DNA from: Lachnospiraceae bacterium
Lineage (GTDB): Bacteria > Bacillota > Clostridia > Lachnospirales > Lachnospiraceae
NCBI GenBank assembly: GCA_024698345.1
Contig: JAILRH010000187.1
Location: 443-64,442 of the forward strand
Direction of reading: 5' to 3'
DNA length: 64,000 bases
The translations under genes and the position numbers were made by a program. Shown here one piece after another: positions 44,501-52,358 of this stretch (its first letter is position 1; each line of letters opens with the position of its first letter). A model generated the notes under the pieces. That model was not told the origin of the DNA and ran no database searches. It saw nothing but the letters and a program-made list of their open reading frames with translations.

Positions 44501-46373
44501 TGATGTATATGCAGCGGAGGATATATATTCGGTAAGCAATGATACAATTATTAAATATCAAAAGGACGAGTTGGTAAAAACTGTTACTACCGGTGATGAT
44601 GGTGTTGCCAGAGCTGATAAATTGATTCCAGCGACATACTATGTTCGTGAGCATACTGCACCGTTAGGTTTCACAAGAAGTGATGAGCAGAAAGATATTG
44701 AAATAGTAGAAGGCTCTAAAGATACTCTTCAACAGGAAGTAACATTTACAAATGAACGTCAGAAAACTGATCTATCAGTATTGAAAGAAGATGTGGAAAC
44801 TAAGTTGCCTCTAAAAGATGCAGTCTTTGGTGTTTATGTGTCAGAAGATATCAAAAATAATGCAGGAGAAGTAGTGGTTCCAAAAGATACTTTGATTGAA
44901 CAGATAACATCTGATGAATATGGTATTGCAAAACTTACTAAAGATTATCCTGTTAATGCACAGCTTACTGTCAAAGAATTAGTACCGCCGAAAGGTTATA
45001 CAACATCAAGAGAGACTATTTCCATAATAATAGAGCCGCAAAATGATGATGTAAAAACAATAACAAACAGATATGTAATTGGTGACAAGCCTAAAGAGGT
45101 GTCAGTTACTAAATATGATATTACAACACAAAAAGAATCTCCTGGTAATAAACTTAAAGTGTCATATATAGATGAAGATGGAAAAGAAATAATAGTAGAT
45201 TCTTGGACTTCAGGGGATACTGAGCATATCATTAAATACATAGAGGTCAACAAATCATATACTTTGACTGAAACAAAACCAGCGGATGGTTATTGTACTG
45301 CAGCTGCCATTAACTTTACGGTTAAAGATGATGATACTGTAGATGCTGTTAAAATGTATAATGATGTTACGAAACTTAAAATTAGTAAGACGGATATTAC
45401 CACTGGTGAATTGGTTGTTGGTGCAAGACTCCAAATAATCAACTCAAACGGTGAGATTGTACAGGATTTCATAACAACAAATAATCCTGATGATGGATAT
45501 TTTGAAAGACTTCCAATGGGTACATATATTTTGAAAGAGATATATGCTCCAGAGGAAGATGGTTACATTAAGGCACAGGATATTAAATTTGAAATCAAAG
45601 ATACTAATGAAATTCAAAAAGTAGAAATGAAAGATGATTATACTAAGGTTAAGTTCTTTAAGAAGGATTCTACTTCAAATGATAATGTTAAGGGGGCTGT
45701 CCTTACTCTTAAAGATGATTTAGGTAATGTGGTGGAAACATGGGAAACTGATGGTTCTGAACATGTTATTAATTATATTAAACCTGGTAAATATATCTTG
45801 TCTGAAAATTTTGATGAAACACCTTTTGGTTATTTAACGGCCGAAGATCTTGAAATTGAAATTCTTCCTACAGGAGAAGTTCAGGAGTTTACAATGCTTG
45901 ATGATAGAGTTATCGGACAGATTTTCCTAACTAAATTGGACAAGAAGGATGATACTCCACTTAAAGGTGCTGTGTTCGAGGTAAGAGATTCAGAAACAGA
46001 TGAACTAGTTTGTAAAATGGTTACTGATGAAAGTGGTACCGCTGCATCCGGGTTAATTACAGTAGGTAAGTATAAAGATGGTGAATGTATTGGAATGAAA
46101 AAATTTATTGTTTCTGAGGTAAAAGCTCCAAGAGGATACATTCTTCCAGAAAACAAGCAATATAAAGTTGAATTTGAGTATGTTGACGGTGCTGATAATA
46201 TATTAATGTATAATGTTGGTAAGGTATATAATGTACACAAAGATTCTATATTTGCGAAAACAGGTGATGGCTTCCATCCAGTAATAATGTTTATTTTAGC
46301 TGGTCTTGTTGTTGCTCTTACTGGTGCGAGTACAATATATTCGACAAATAAACGTAAAAAGAAACAGGCATAG
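41553..46373 (+). CDS. 1606-aa cell-wall adhesin with many Cna-B/SpaA-type repeats and C-terminal sorting signal
   Basis: Signal peptide. Recurrent GAVFGVYD, GVTFAVKEKKNG, GAMFDVYAAEDIY, GARLQIINSNGE, GAVFEVRDSETDE modules with APKGY/PPKGY/APRGY. C-terminus is FAKTGDG, then a hydrophobic helix, then KRKKKQA. Confidence 0.8.
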   Translation: MFKNKKFIGRRIVAAVVALSLIASGIGLRAYANDKSEVGSKGSLTSYQYITGLQNLSDNFGNHSIQKLKMDVAGQSDDLAAFCIAPGVKINTEKSNPYTATSNTCGYATRYYKAALSYRLEHTKEEADIHRIAAQLWCWQIYKAHEKNKGKAITANDVINATSGFKSDFIAILSDSSLQHNVRNFDLVSASRAENIYNDSLQYIVKEGSEKKHTQIDLLKWTCPSAQTVITGKKVKDRSVKLQVKKTGSALGKEAFLAGCKYKVYADADCTDPVKAYKSKEDAVMTIKADGTSNVVTLPAASDKEFAYYVKEEAANEGTVKNSTPYPAKFAVGLSENDVVVLNTKNNEKNFRLDIHKKGDDGVNLSGVTFAVKEKKNGNWEQIDSKTTGSDGKLSFGPYYYSKENHGEFMVVETACTNTAYIKTNWSKVIKLADQNAESKTYTYDVINPRNSIDLIINKLDSSTGAMIPEDTGFLLCEITTDLWNKYHNNLGSAVSESVSTIDGVRQSDGTYLFKGAKPNTRYIIDEYSRPNGWLRGSEIVEAKVVSGDCSIVKDYLELNAPLYSGTGFQDRADYYIPIITGNTSGSSIVIDVFDDEAAVSLKCYKEDTETGKKAQGDANFSNAVFGVYDVADDSLVTTITTRSNGEGESEVKLNAKTNYYVKEIVAPKGYKPNPEKHYVDETWNGYYGYQKLNEERKVVVKDDVIKGSVEAYKYTVNPKTGQQEPVSGVEFGLYLCSSLTGWNDLNYIEYDYSKYTPITTFKTGSDGLGLSSEIPYGQYVLVELSHPANLLNAEPVVIDIDDSFEFKRDPVYVEVLDPEFEAKLEIVKKDADTGEIIKKEGNTFKILNLDTNEYVKMGVLEITKGSFEDGDYETELVYTSMFTTNKDGKVLLPDTLLHGNYQIEEVEACPGYKLNKTPLKVEISDSQKYEIDPDTLNPVISVTFENEAITGVVDITKRGEAVSGFEDNEFVYKNASLAGAMFDVYAAEDIYSVSNDTIIKYQKDELVKTVTTGDDGVARADKLIPATYYVREHTAPLGFTRSDEQKDIEIVEGSKDTLQQEVTFTNERQKTDLSVLKEDVETKLPLKDAVFGVYVSEDIKNNAGEVVVPKDTLIEQITSDEYGIAKLTKDYPVNAQLTVKELVPPKGYTTSRETISIIIEPQNDDVKTITNRYVIGDKPKEVSVTKYDITTQKESPGNKLKVSYIDEDGKEIIVDSWTSGDTEHIIKYIEVNKSYTLTETKPADGYCTAAAINFTVKDDDTVDAVKMYNDVTKLKISKTDITTGELVVGARLQIINSNGEIVQDFITTNNPDDGYFERLPMGTYILKEIYAPEEDGYIKAQDIKFEIKDTNEIQKVEMKDDYTKVKFFKKDSTSNDNVKGAVLTLKDDLGNVVETWETDGSEHVINYIKPGKYILSENFDETPFGYLTAEDLEIEILPTGEVQEFTMLDDRVIGQIFLTKLDKKDDTPLKGAVFEVRDSETDELVCKMVTDESGTAASGLITVGKYKDGECIGMKKFIVSEVKAPRGYILPENKQYKVEFEYVDGADNILMYNVGKVYNVHKDSIFAKTGDGFHPVIMFILAGLVVALTGASTIYSTNKRKKKQA

Positions 46374-46390
46374 TAAAATAAATTGATTTA

Positions 46391-46427
46391 TAGGTAGTTT
46401 GAGTTTCTCGAACTACCTATTTTTTTT
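46391..46427 (+). terminator. intrinsic terminator after the adhesin gene
   Basis: TAGGTAGTTTGAG / CTCGAACTACCTA 13-bp stem (one G-U) followed by T8. Confidence 0.8.
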
Positions 46428-46441
46428 GATAAAAGAAAAAG

Positions 46442-46568
46442 CTGATAACATTTTTAAACTTTTTTTGGAGGAACTCTTTCTATAAGCCTTATAAATACGG
46501 CAATCAATGTTATACACCCTGATAACATTTGTTAAAAACTATTGCCTCTTATGTGCTACTGTGCTACT
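46442..46568 (+). repeat. direct repeats in the intergenic region
   Basis: CTGATAACATTT at 46442-46453 and 46519-46530; tandem GTGCTACT GTGCTACT at 46553-46568. Confidence 0.6.
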
Positions 46569-46617
46569 GTATGTTTAACAACAAAAGTTATTCACATTAA
46601 AAGAAAGAGGTGTTAAA

Positions 46618-47055
46618 ATGGGAAGAGAATTTGAAAAAATAGTGAAAGAAATATACGATTATTGTTTGAACACAAAGGGATTTCAGTTCCAGTATTGTGA
46701 TAAGCCAAAAATCGAAAGGATTTTCTCTTTAGAAAAGTTTGTTACTATATGTAACGGTGATGGTGAAGAATGTGAATTTGTTTTCGACGATGGTAAGGAC
46801 GCACCAAACTTATATGATGGTTCAAATGTGCTGACATTGTATGTAGATGATTTTATGGCAGAGCAGGATGCTTGCGACAAAAGACTTAGAGGGGAAGGAG
46901 AGGTTAGTGTTATCACTTGGGAAACACCTTATCTGCTTAATAAAATATTGACATCAAATGTAAGCTTTGTTCGTATATATTGTAATTATTACTCAATTTA
47001 TATTGGGATTGAAACATTGATGGACTGTTTTAGTGATAGTGATTTATTGAACTAG
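46618..47055 (+). CDS. hypothetical protein (145 aa)
   Basis: ORF with AGAGG SD; no motif. Confidence 0.55.
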   Translation: MGREFEKIVKEIYDYCLNTKGFQFQYCDKPKIERIFSLEKFVTICNGDGEECEFVFDDGKDAPNLYDGSNVLTLYVDDFMAEQDACDKRLRGEGEVSVITWETPYLLNKILTSNVSFVRIYCNYYSIYIGIETLMDCFSDSDLLN

Positions 47056-47087
47056 ACGCAGTAGTTTAAATTATTGGGAGGTATATT

Positions 47088-47951
47088 ATGAGAAATTTAT
47101 TAAAGAAAGTATTAATCACATTTGCATTTGCTATAGTAATTCAGGGGGTAACTAATGTAAATGTTGATGCAGCAGAAGTTAAAAAAGTTACAAGGTTAAC
47201 TGTGCATAATGGAGATAATAAGAATCTGCTTTTACAGTGGAGAAAGCAGGAAGGTGCAGGTTATGTTATTTATAGATCAGAGAAGAAAAAAACTGGTTAC
47301 AAAAAAGCAGGCACTTTAAAAAACAGTTATTGGGCTGATGTTGATTACGAGTACGTTCAGTGGGTTGATACAAAGGTCAAAAAGAATCATAAATATTATT
47401 ATAAAGTTAAAGCATACCAGTATATAGATGGTAATAAAGTACACGGTGACTTTTCTAAAGTAAAAGGTTCTACGGTTAAAGCAACTTCTAAAGTGTCGCT
47501 TTGTTATGATGCGCTGCCGATTATTAACAAAGAACGCTCAAAAGAAGGATTGAGGCGTGTTTTATGGGATTTTAAGGCTGATAATGGTGCTATTGTTAGA
47601 GCAAAAGAAATTTCAAAAGAATTTGATCACACAAGACCTAATGGTAAGGATTGTTTAAGTGCATACAAAGGGGCTAATACATGTAGTGAAAATATCGGTT
47701 ATGGATATATTTCTGTAAAATCATGTATCTATGCCTGGTTAAATTCAGTAGGCCATCGTGGTTGGATTTTATGTGGATATACAGAGGATATCGTTGCTGG
47801 AAAATATGGCTTAATGTATGGGAAAAATTATGATAAGTCGCTTGAGCCGGGAGAAGTTCTTCCGGGTGATGTTTGTGGTATTAGTGTTACTACTTATAAA
47901 TCATATTATGACTATGTATTTACTAAAATAGTTGATAATTTATATAGCTAA
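47088..47951 (+). CDS. secreted FN3-like + CAP/SCP (YkwD-like) domain protein
   Basis: Signal peptide; WRKQEGAGYVIYRSEKKKTGYKK...HKYYYKVKAYQYIDGNKVHGDFSKV. CAP-like INKERSKEGLRRVLWD...FDHTRPNG...SENIGYGY...AWLNSVGHRGWIL. Confidence 0.6.
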   Translation: MRNLLKKVLITFAFAIVIQGVTNVNVDAAEVKKVTRLTVHNGDNKNLLLQWRKQEGAGYVIYRSEKKKTGYKKAGTLKNSYWADVDYEYVQWVDTKVKKNHKYYYKVKAYQYIDGNKVHGDFSKVKGSTVKATSKVSLCYDALPIINKERSKEGLRRVLWDFKADNGAIVRAKEISKEFDHTRPNGKDCLSAYKGANTCSENIGYGYISVKSCIYAWLNSVGHRGWILCGYTEDIVAGKYGLMYGKNYDKSLEPGEVLPGDVCGISVTTYKSYYDYVFTKIVDNLYS

Positions 47952-47962
47952 TTGGAGGTCTT

Positions 47963-48196
47963 ATGAATGATTTCTTAAGGTTTTTTAATGAAAAAGTATC
48001 ATTTTATCCAATGGAGTTAGAAATAAGTCGTTCTTCTAGTTCTGAGTGGTCTATTACTATAAGTCAAAGGTTGTTAGGGCCTGAAGTACGTGATAAACAA
48101 ATAATAAAGGTTTGTTCCGAGGATATGGAGTTGTGCTTTGCTAAGGCTCATGTGCAGCTGAAAGAATGGTTACTGACAAATTGTGGAGGTTACTAA
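47963..48196 (+). CDS. hypothetical protein (77 aa)
   Basis: ORF with GGAGG SD. Confidence 0.5.
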   Translation: MNDFLRFFNEKVSFYPMELEISRSSSSEWSITISQRLLGPEVRDKQIIKVCSEDMELCFAKAHVQLKEWLLTNCGGY

Positions 48197-48198
48197 GG

Positions 48199-48630
48199 AT
48201 GTACGAATATGAAAATCAGGAGTTTAGTTCAATAAGGTTGTTAGCAGCATATGTTGGGATACATGAGAAAACACTTACCGCAAGACTTAGAAGAGGAATG
48301 AGTATTAAGGAGGCTTGTGAAAATAAAGATTTAAGATGTCATTATTTACAACAGGGTTTGGAAGAAAACTCTATAGCTCAAATCTGCAGGGATAATAACA
48401 AAGATATAGATTTAGTAAGAAATAGGCTAAAATATGGATATTCAATAAACGAGGCATTGAATAAACCTAAAAAAATATCGAGACAAGGCAAGCCAATACT
48501 GGTGAACGGAGTTTTATATAATTCTTTAGCGGAAGCATTGAGAGTACTTGATTTGGTGGGAAAAGAAAGTACGATACGTTCAAGATTAAGAATTGGATGG
48601 AGTATAAATGATGCTTTTATGAAATGGTGA
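48199..48630 (+). CDS. small protein made of three tandem HTH-like repeats
   Basis: ATG 48199 follows TGGAGG. The three repeats end RLRRGMSIKEAC, RLKYGYSINEAL and RLRIGWSINDAF, each preceded by a helix (AAYVGIHEKTLTA, AQICRDNNKDIDLVRN, AEALRVLDLVGKESTIRS). Confidence 0.55.
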   Translation: MYEYENQEFSSIRLLAAYVGIHEKTLTARLRRGMSIKEACENKDLRCHYLQQGLEENSIAQICRDNNKDIDLVRNRLKYGYSINEALNKPKKISRQGKPILVNGVLYNSLAEALRVLDLVGKESTIRSRLRIGWSINDAFMKW

Positions 48631-48692
48631 CTATTTTTTAGATACAAATAACTCATGGATAGAAATTAATTTAGTTAATAAGAGGTTTGATT

Positions 48693-49229
48693 ATGTTTGA
48701 AAAAGTGATTAAAAAAATTATTATTGGAGGGCATGGAATGGGCGCAAGTCGTGAATGCATGAAAATAGTAAAGGAAGTGAAAGAAAGTGTAGTTTATCTT
48801 TCGGCGGTTCCAAATGCAAAAGAATATTATAACAAGTATCCGGATTTAGATTTTGACAATACTTTTGTGTGCAAAGATAATGATCGGGAATTTAACGTAG
48901 AAAACGAAACGAAATATTTCCTGACAGCAATCAGAGATCAATTCAATCGATATCTTTTCCCTTTGGCGGAAAATGCAGCTTTTACTTTTAACAGTAAGAA
49001 CTCAGTGGCAATAGCAAGAGCTGGACAAGTCTTGTTAATTTATGATGATGGTGCATGGAAATATCAGGAAGATAAGTTTTTGAACTTTTGGAAATTAACG
49101 CACTCTTCTAATGATTGTATTATTACGATAGTGGATGAAAAAGAATTATTCGACTGCGAACTTTCACCGGAGATGAAAAGGGATATCGCAAAATATTGGG
49201 ATATTCAGTATTTGGAAGAAAATCAATGA
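48693..49229 (+). CDS. hypothetical protein
   Basis: ORF; start uncertain (ATG 48693 after AGAGG, or the internal ATG after TTGGAGGG). Confidence 0.5.
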   Translation: MFEKVIKKIIIGGHGMGASRECMKIVKEVKESVVYLSAVPNAKEYYNKYPDLDFDNTFVCKDNDREFNVENETKYFLTAIRDQFNRYLFPLAENAAFTFNSKNSVAIARAGQVLLIYDDGAWKYQEDKFLNFWKLTHSSNDCIITIVDEKELFDCELSPEMKRDIAKYWDIQYLEENQ

Positions 49230-49248
49230 TTTAAAGGGGGTAAGATAT

Positions 49249-49536
49249 ATGTTTATACGATTTATGAATGAAAAAATGGCAGTTAATGCAGATAATTTTG
49301 ATTATATTAGAATCCGCGAAGATTCAGAATGGAGTGACGAATATAAAGTTGAACTGGTTAGAGTAACTGCCGAAATTAGCTCAAGCGGTGGTTCTATTGA
49401 TATTGGTTCAATTTCATCAGAAGATGAAGCAGTCTTGACAATCAAATCTTTTAAGGAAAAGAAAGAAGCGACATCTTTTTACGATAGACTCCAATATGCA
49501 TGGATCAACAAATTGGATATTTTTGAGGTGGAATAG
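49249..49536 (+). CDS. hypothetical protein (95 aa)
   Basis: ORF with AGGGGG SD. Confidence 0.5.
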   Translation: MFIRFMNEKMAVNADNFDYIRIREDSEWSDEYKVELVRVTAEISSSGGSIDIGSISSEDEAVLTIKSFKEKKEATSFYDRLQYAWINKLDIFEVE

Positions 49537-49572
49537 AAAACTACAATAGATTTTTTAAAAGGAGCATAGGAA

Positions 49573-49761
49573 ATGAAGAAAATAGTTGAATTTGAAATAG
49601 ACGAAATACCGCCTTGTTGTTCTAGCGAAAATTATATATGTCCTTTTGCTTATGATGGAATATGGGAGCATTGTTCATTGCAGTTTCGCAATAATAAAGA
49701 GTACGGCATTGAAATTCAGACAGATGATAATGAAGCATATAAAACGTGTCCGCTTAAATGA
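49573..49761 (+). CDS. small Cys-rich hypothetical protein (62 aa)
   Basis: ORF with AAGGAG SD; CC..C...C...C pattern. Confidence 0.45.
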   Translation: MKKIVEFEIDEIPPCCSSENYICPFAYDGIWEHCSLQFRNNKEYGIEIQTDDNEAYKTCPLK

Positions 49762-49880
49762 TAGAACTTAAACAATAGAAGAAGTAAAAGATATTAAAAG
49801 AACGGTGGTTAAGGTTGAACAATACTCCAAAAATGTATCGTTCAACTGATTTGAAAAAACAATGTTAAGGAGGTAGAAGG

Positions 49881-50258
49881 ATGACAAAGGAAGAAGAAGC
49901 GATTATTTTGTTATCCGAAAATATAAATACATCTAATTATCGAAATGGTGCAGAACTAGAAGAAGCACTATTTATAATTGCAAACGCTATCAGGCATCAA
50001 GTTGAAAGGCCAAAACTTCCTGCATTAGGAATTGGAAGAGTTGCAGTTACTCCTGCAATATTAGAAGGAAAGGGTTGTATTTTGTTAAATGAACAAGAAC
50101 AACCTAAAATAGGCGAGTTGGTTCAGACAAAAGAAGAGTGGTATAAAAACCCATTGATTAGAATAGATTTTTTGAATAATGATGGTGTTGATGTTTTAAT
50201 TCGAGAATTAAATGAATTAAAGCTTATGATTGAATTGGAAAGAAGATTTGATGATTAG
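49881..50258 (+). CDS. hypothetical protein (125 aa)
   Basis: ORF with AAGGAGG SD. Confidence 0.5.
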   Translation: MTKEEEAIILLSENINTSNYRNGAELEEALFIIANAIRHQVERPKLPALGIGRVAVTPAILEGKGCILLNEQEQPKIGELVQTKEEWYKNPLIRIDFLNNDGVDVLIRELNELKLMIELERRFDD

Positions 50259-50322
50259 GTGGTTAGTTACATGTAAATACAATTGTTATAGTGTTATATG
50301 ACATAAAGGTGGTGCTTGGTAA

Positions 50323-50517
50323 ATGATTGACATTTGTGAAGTCCAAAAAGAACGGGGTTCAAATAGGTTTGGTACTTGCAAACAGTGTGGTATAAATACT
50401 CAGCAGGACAAGGGAATGAAGAGAATAAGATTTATGAATGTTTCTGTTTGCCTTTGTGATAAATGTTACAGCAATTTTTACCCACATTGCAGAGCAGATG
50501 TGAGGAAGGTGGAATAA
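50323..50517 (+). CDS. small zinc-ribbon-like protein (64 aa)
   Basis: CKQCG ... CLCDKC Cys pairs. Confidence 0.45.
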   Translation: MIDICEVQKERGSNRFGTCKQCGINTQQDKGMKRIRFMNVSVCLCDKCYSNFYPHCRADVRKVE

Positions 50518-50520
50518 ACA

Positions 50521-50860
50521 ATGACAAGAGAAGACGCAATTAAAGATATTAAAGAGCATGTAAAATTGGACGGTAATGGACGCATAGTACTTGTGGGAGA
50601 GATTTCCCCAATCACTATTGATATGGCAATCAACGCACTTGGGGAACAAAAACACGAATTACAATATCGAGTTGGAAAAGAAATAAAACCGAGTAGATGT
50701 TGTACTTGTGATAGTGAGGATTGTGCTGATTGCAATGATGATTTTAATAGATGTCCAACTTTGTGATAATGTATTAGATGATGATTTTGGTAGCGAGCCA
50801 AATTATTGTCCTGATTGTGGGCAAAAGTTAATATGGAAAACGATAGGTGTTTTTCATTAA
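50521..50860 (+). pseudogene. Cys-rich ORF whose C-terminal zinc ribbon is split by a +1 frameshift
   Basis: Frame 0 ends ...NRCPTL* at 50766. Skipping one T of the TTT at 50760-50762 gives ...NRCPTCDNVLDDDFGSEPNYCPDCGQKLIWKTIGVFH* (stop 50858-50860), i.e. CPxC-x16-CPxC. Confidence 0.5.
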
Positions 50861-50901
50861 GTGGTTATAAAGAATGTGTTAATAATAGACCCATTCTATA
50901 G

Positions 50902-51534
50902 TTGAAAAAGTCTAGAGCTTTAGATTTGTTCAAGAGAAAGGAGGAAGTAGCAATTTATTATTGCTGCGATTGTAATATGAAAAGACCAGGAAATTATGTT
51001 GATGATGGATTAAGAATAGGGGTAGATGAGCTTACTATCATATTTGGCAGTGCGTCTGTTAGGCGAAATATATTTGAAGATGTTAATAATAACGTCCAAT
51101 TGGAAGATGTTGCAAATAAATATAATATGACGGTAGATATTGCAAAGAAAAAATATTTCTCTGCATATATGAGATGTCGAGAGTTTATGATGTATAAGGA
51201 TAATCCTACTTCTGTTAGATATTTGAAGGCAGTGCGCAAAATAGATAGGCGAATTGCAAATCGATTGTTGAGAGCAGGCATTTATGATATGAATGTTTTC
51301 AGTCGTCGCAAAATTGAAGATGTTATTTCACAGTATGATGATGTGGGATTATCTGTAAAAACTATATATGATACTTGTCAAAAATTAAATATCAGTACTA
51401 TGTATAATAATTCGAATGTTGACAATGGTGATGTAGTGGAAAATGTAATATCTAAATTAGTGGCACGGTATGGGATTGATGCTGTTAAAAAGGCTGTTAA
51501 TGAATATCAACCCAATAATGCTATTAATCTATGA
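50902..51534 (+). CDS. hypothetical protein with RNA polymerase alpha-CTD-like helix-hairpin-helix segment
   Basis: IDRRIANRLLRAGIYDMNVFSRRKIEDVISQYDDVGLSVKTIYDTCQKLNI resembles LSVRSANCLKNAGI...L...NFGKKSLEEI..L. Start uncertain (TTG in the track; an SD sits at 50937-50943). Confidence 0.4.
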   Translation: MKKSRALDLFKRKEEVAIYYCCDCNMKRPGNYVDDGLRIGVDELTIIFGSASVRRNIFEDVNNNVQLEDVANKYNMTVDIAKKKYFSAYMRCREFMMYKDNPTSVRYLKAVRKIDRRIANRLLRAGIYDMNVFSRRKIEDVISQYDDVGLSVKTIYDTCQKLNISTMYNNSNVDNGDVVENVISKLVARYGIDAVKKAVNEYQPNNAINL

Positions 51535-51552
51535 TTAGAAAAAGGAGAAATT

Positions 51553-51927
51553 ATGGATAAAATACAATATATAGATCAGTTGATTTATCTTTTATGTAAG
51601 AAATACGGTGGGACATTCAATATGTCGATTGATAAAGGTGTTTTGACATTAGTAAATAGTGAATCGGTAAATGATATATTTTTTAAGGTGACACTATATT
51701 CTGATGAATCTTTTGGTGAAGTCAAAACATGGACTAGTTGTAATAACGTCAATCACTCAGATCTAGTATCTTTGGTAAACAAGCATGATAGTTTGGTAAT
51801 GTACCAAGATACCGGTAAGATAGGAACAAGTGCAATACTGCCTGAGATTTCTTCTCCAGACGTATGTTTTAAATTAATAAACGATATGTTAAAAGAACTG
51901 CATTGTTGTTGTGTTCATACAGCTTAA
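51553..51927 (+). CDS. hypothetical protein (124 aa)
   Basis: ORF with AAGGAG SD. Confidence 0.5.
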   Translation: MDKIQYIDQLIYLLCKKYGGTFNMSIDKGVLTLVNSESVNDIFFKVTLYSDESFGEVKTWTSCNNVNHSDLVSLVNKHDSLVMYQDTGKIGTSAILPEISSPDVCFKLINDMLKELHCCCVHTA

Positions 51928-51990
51928 TTGATTAATACGTTTATGCATTCTAAAAGAGTGTGAAAGTATTTATTGTCAGAGGAGGTAACT

Positions 51991-52278
51991 ATGAGGTTAA
52001 TTGCACTAAAAAATCAGTTACAAATAGAGGGCTTGTTAAATGTTCACGTTGGTTCTGGCATTAAGAAATATGTGCTAGGGGAAAGTGTATATTCTAATAA
52101 TGTTTGGGAAAACATGATAAATGTTTTTGGGATTTATCAAGGAAATGATGGAAGATTCTGCTTTTTTATTACAGATTCCGAGCGCGGTATTCCAGAATAT
52201 TCTGCGGTATTTGCAACAGAGGAAGAGGCTTGCGATGCACTTAGTTTCTGTCAAGAAATCGTTGGCACGATTTCTTGA
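51991..52278 (+). CDS. hypothetical protein (95 aa)
   Basis: ATG 51991 follows AGAGGAGG; the track start TTG 51973 was rejected. Confidence 0.5.
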   Translation: MRLIALKNQLQIEGLLNVHVGSGIKKYVLGESVYSNNVWENMINVFGIYQGNDGRFCFFITDSERGIPEYSAVFATEEEACDALSFCQEIVGTIS

Positions 52279-52284
52279 CAGAAA
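52245..52284 (+). other. perfect 17-bp stem-loop spanning the stop codon of the preceding gene
   Basis: TTTCTGTCAAGAAATCG (52245-52261) TTGGCA CGATTTCTTGACAGAAA (52268-52284); no U-tract. Confidence 0.6.
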
Positions 52285-52301
52285 CGGCCAAGCAAATGCT
52301 A

Positions 52302-52330
52302 TTGAAAAAAATATATATATTTGATATAAT
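52302..52330 (+). promoter_or_regulatory. sigma-A-type promoter, leader copy B
   Basis: TTGAAA 52302-52307, 17 nt, TGaTATAAT 52322-52330. Confidence 0.6.
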
Positions 52331-52358
52331 ACTATTGTATTTATTTTTTTTGGTGTTT

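Noticed and set aside
52121-52324. 67-aa alternative-frame ORF running through the 17-bp stem-loop into promoter B
   Set aside because: It has no SD and is out of frame with the supported 51991-52278 gene.
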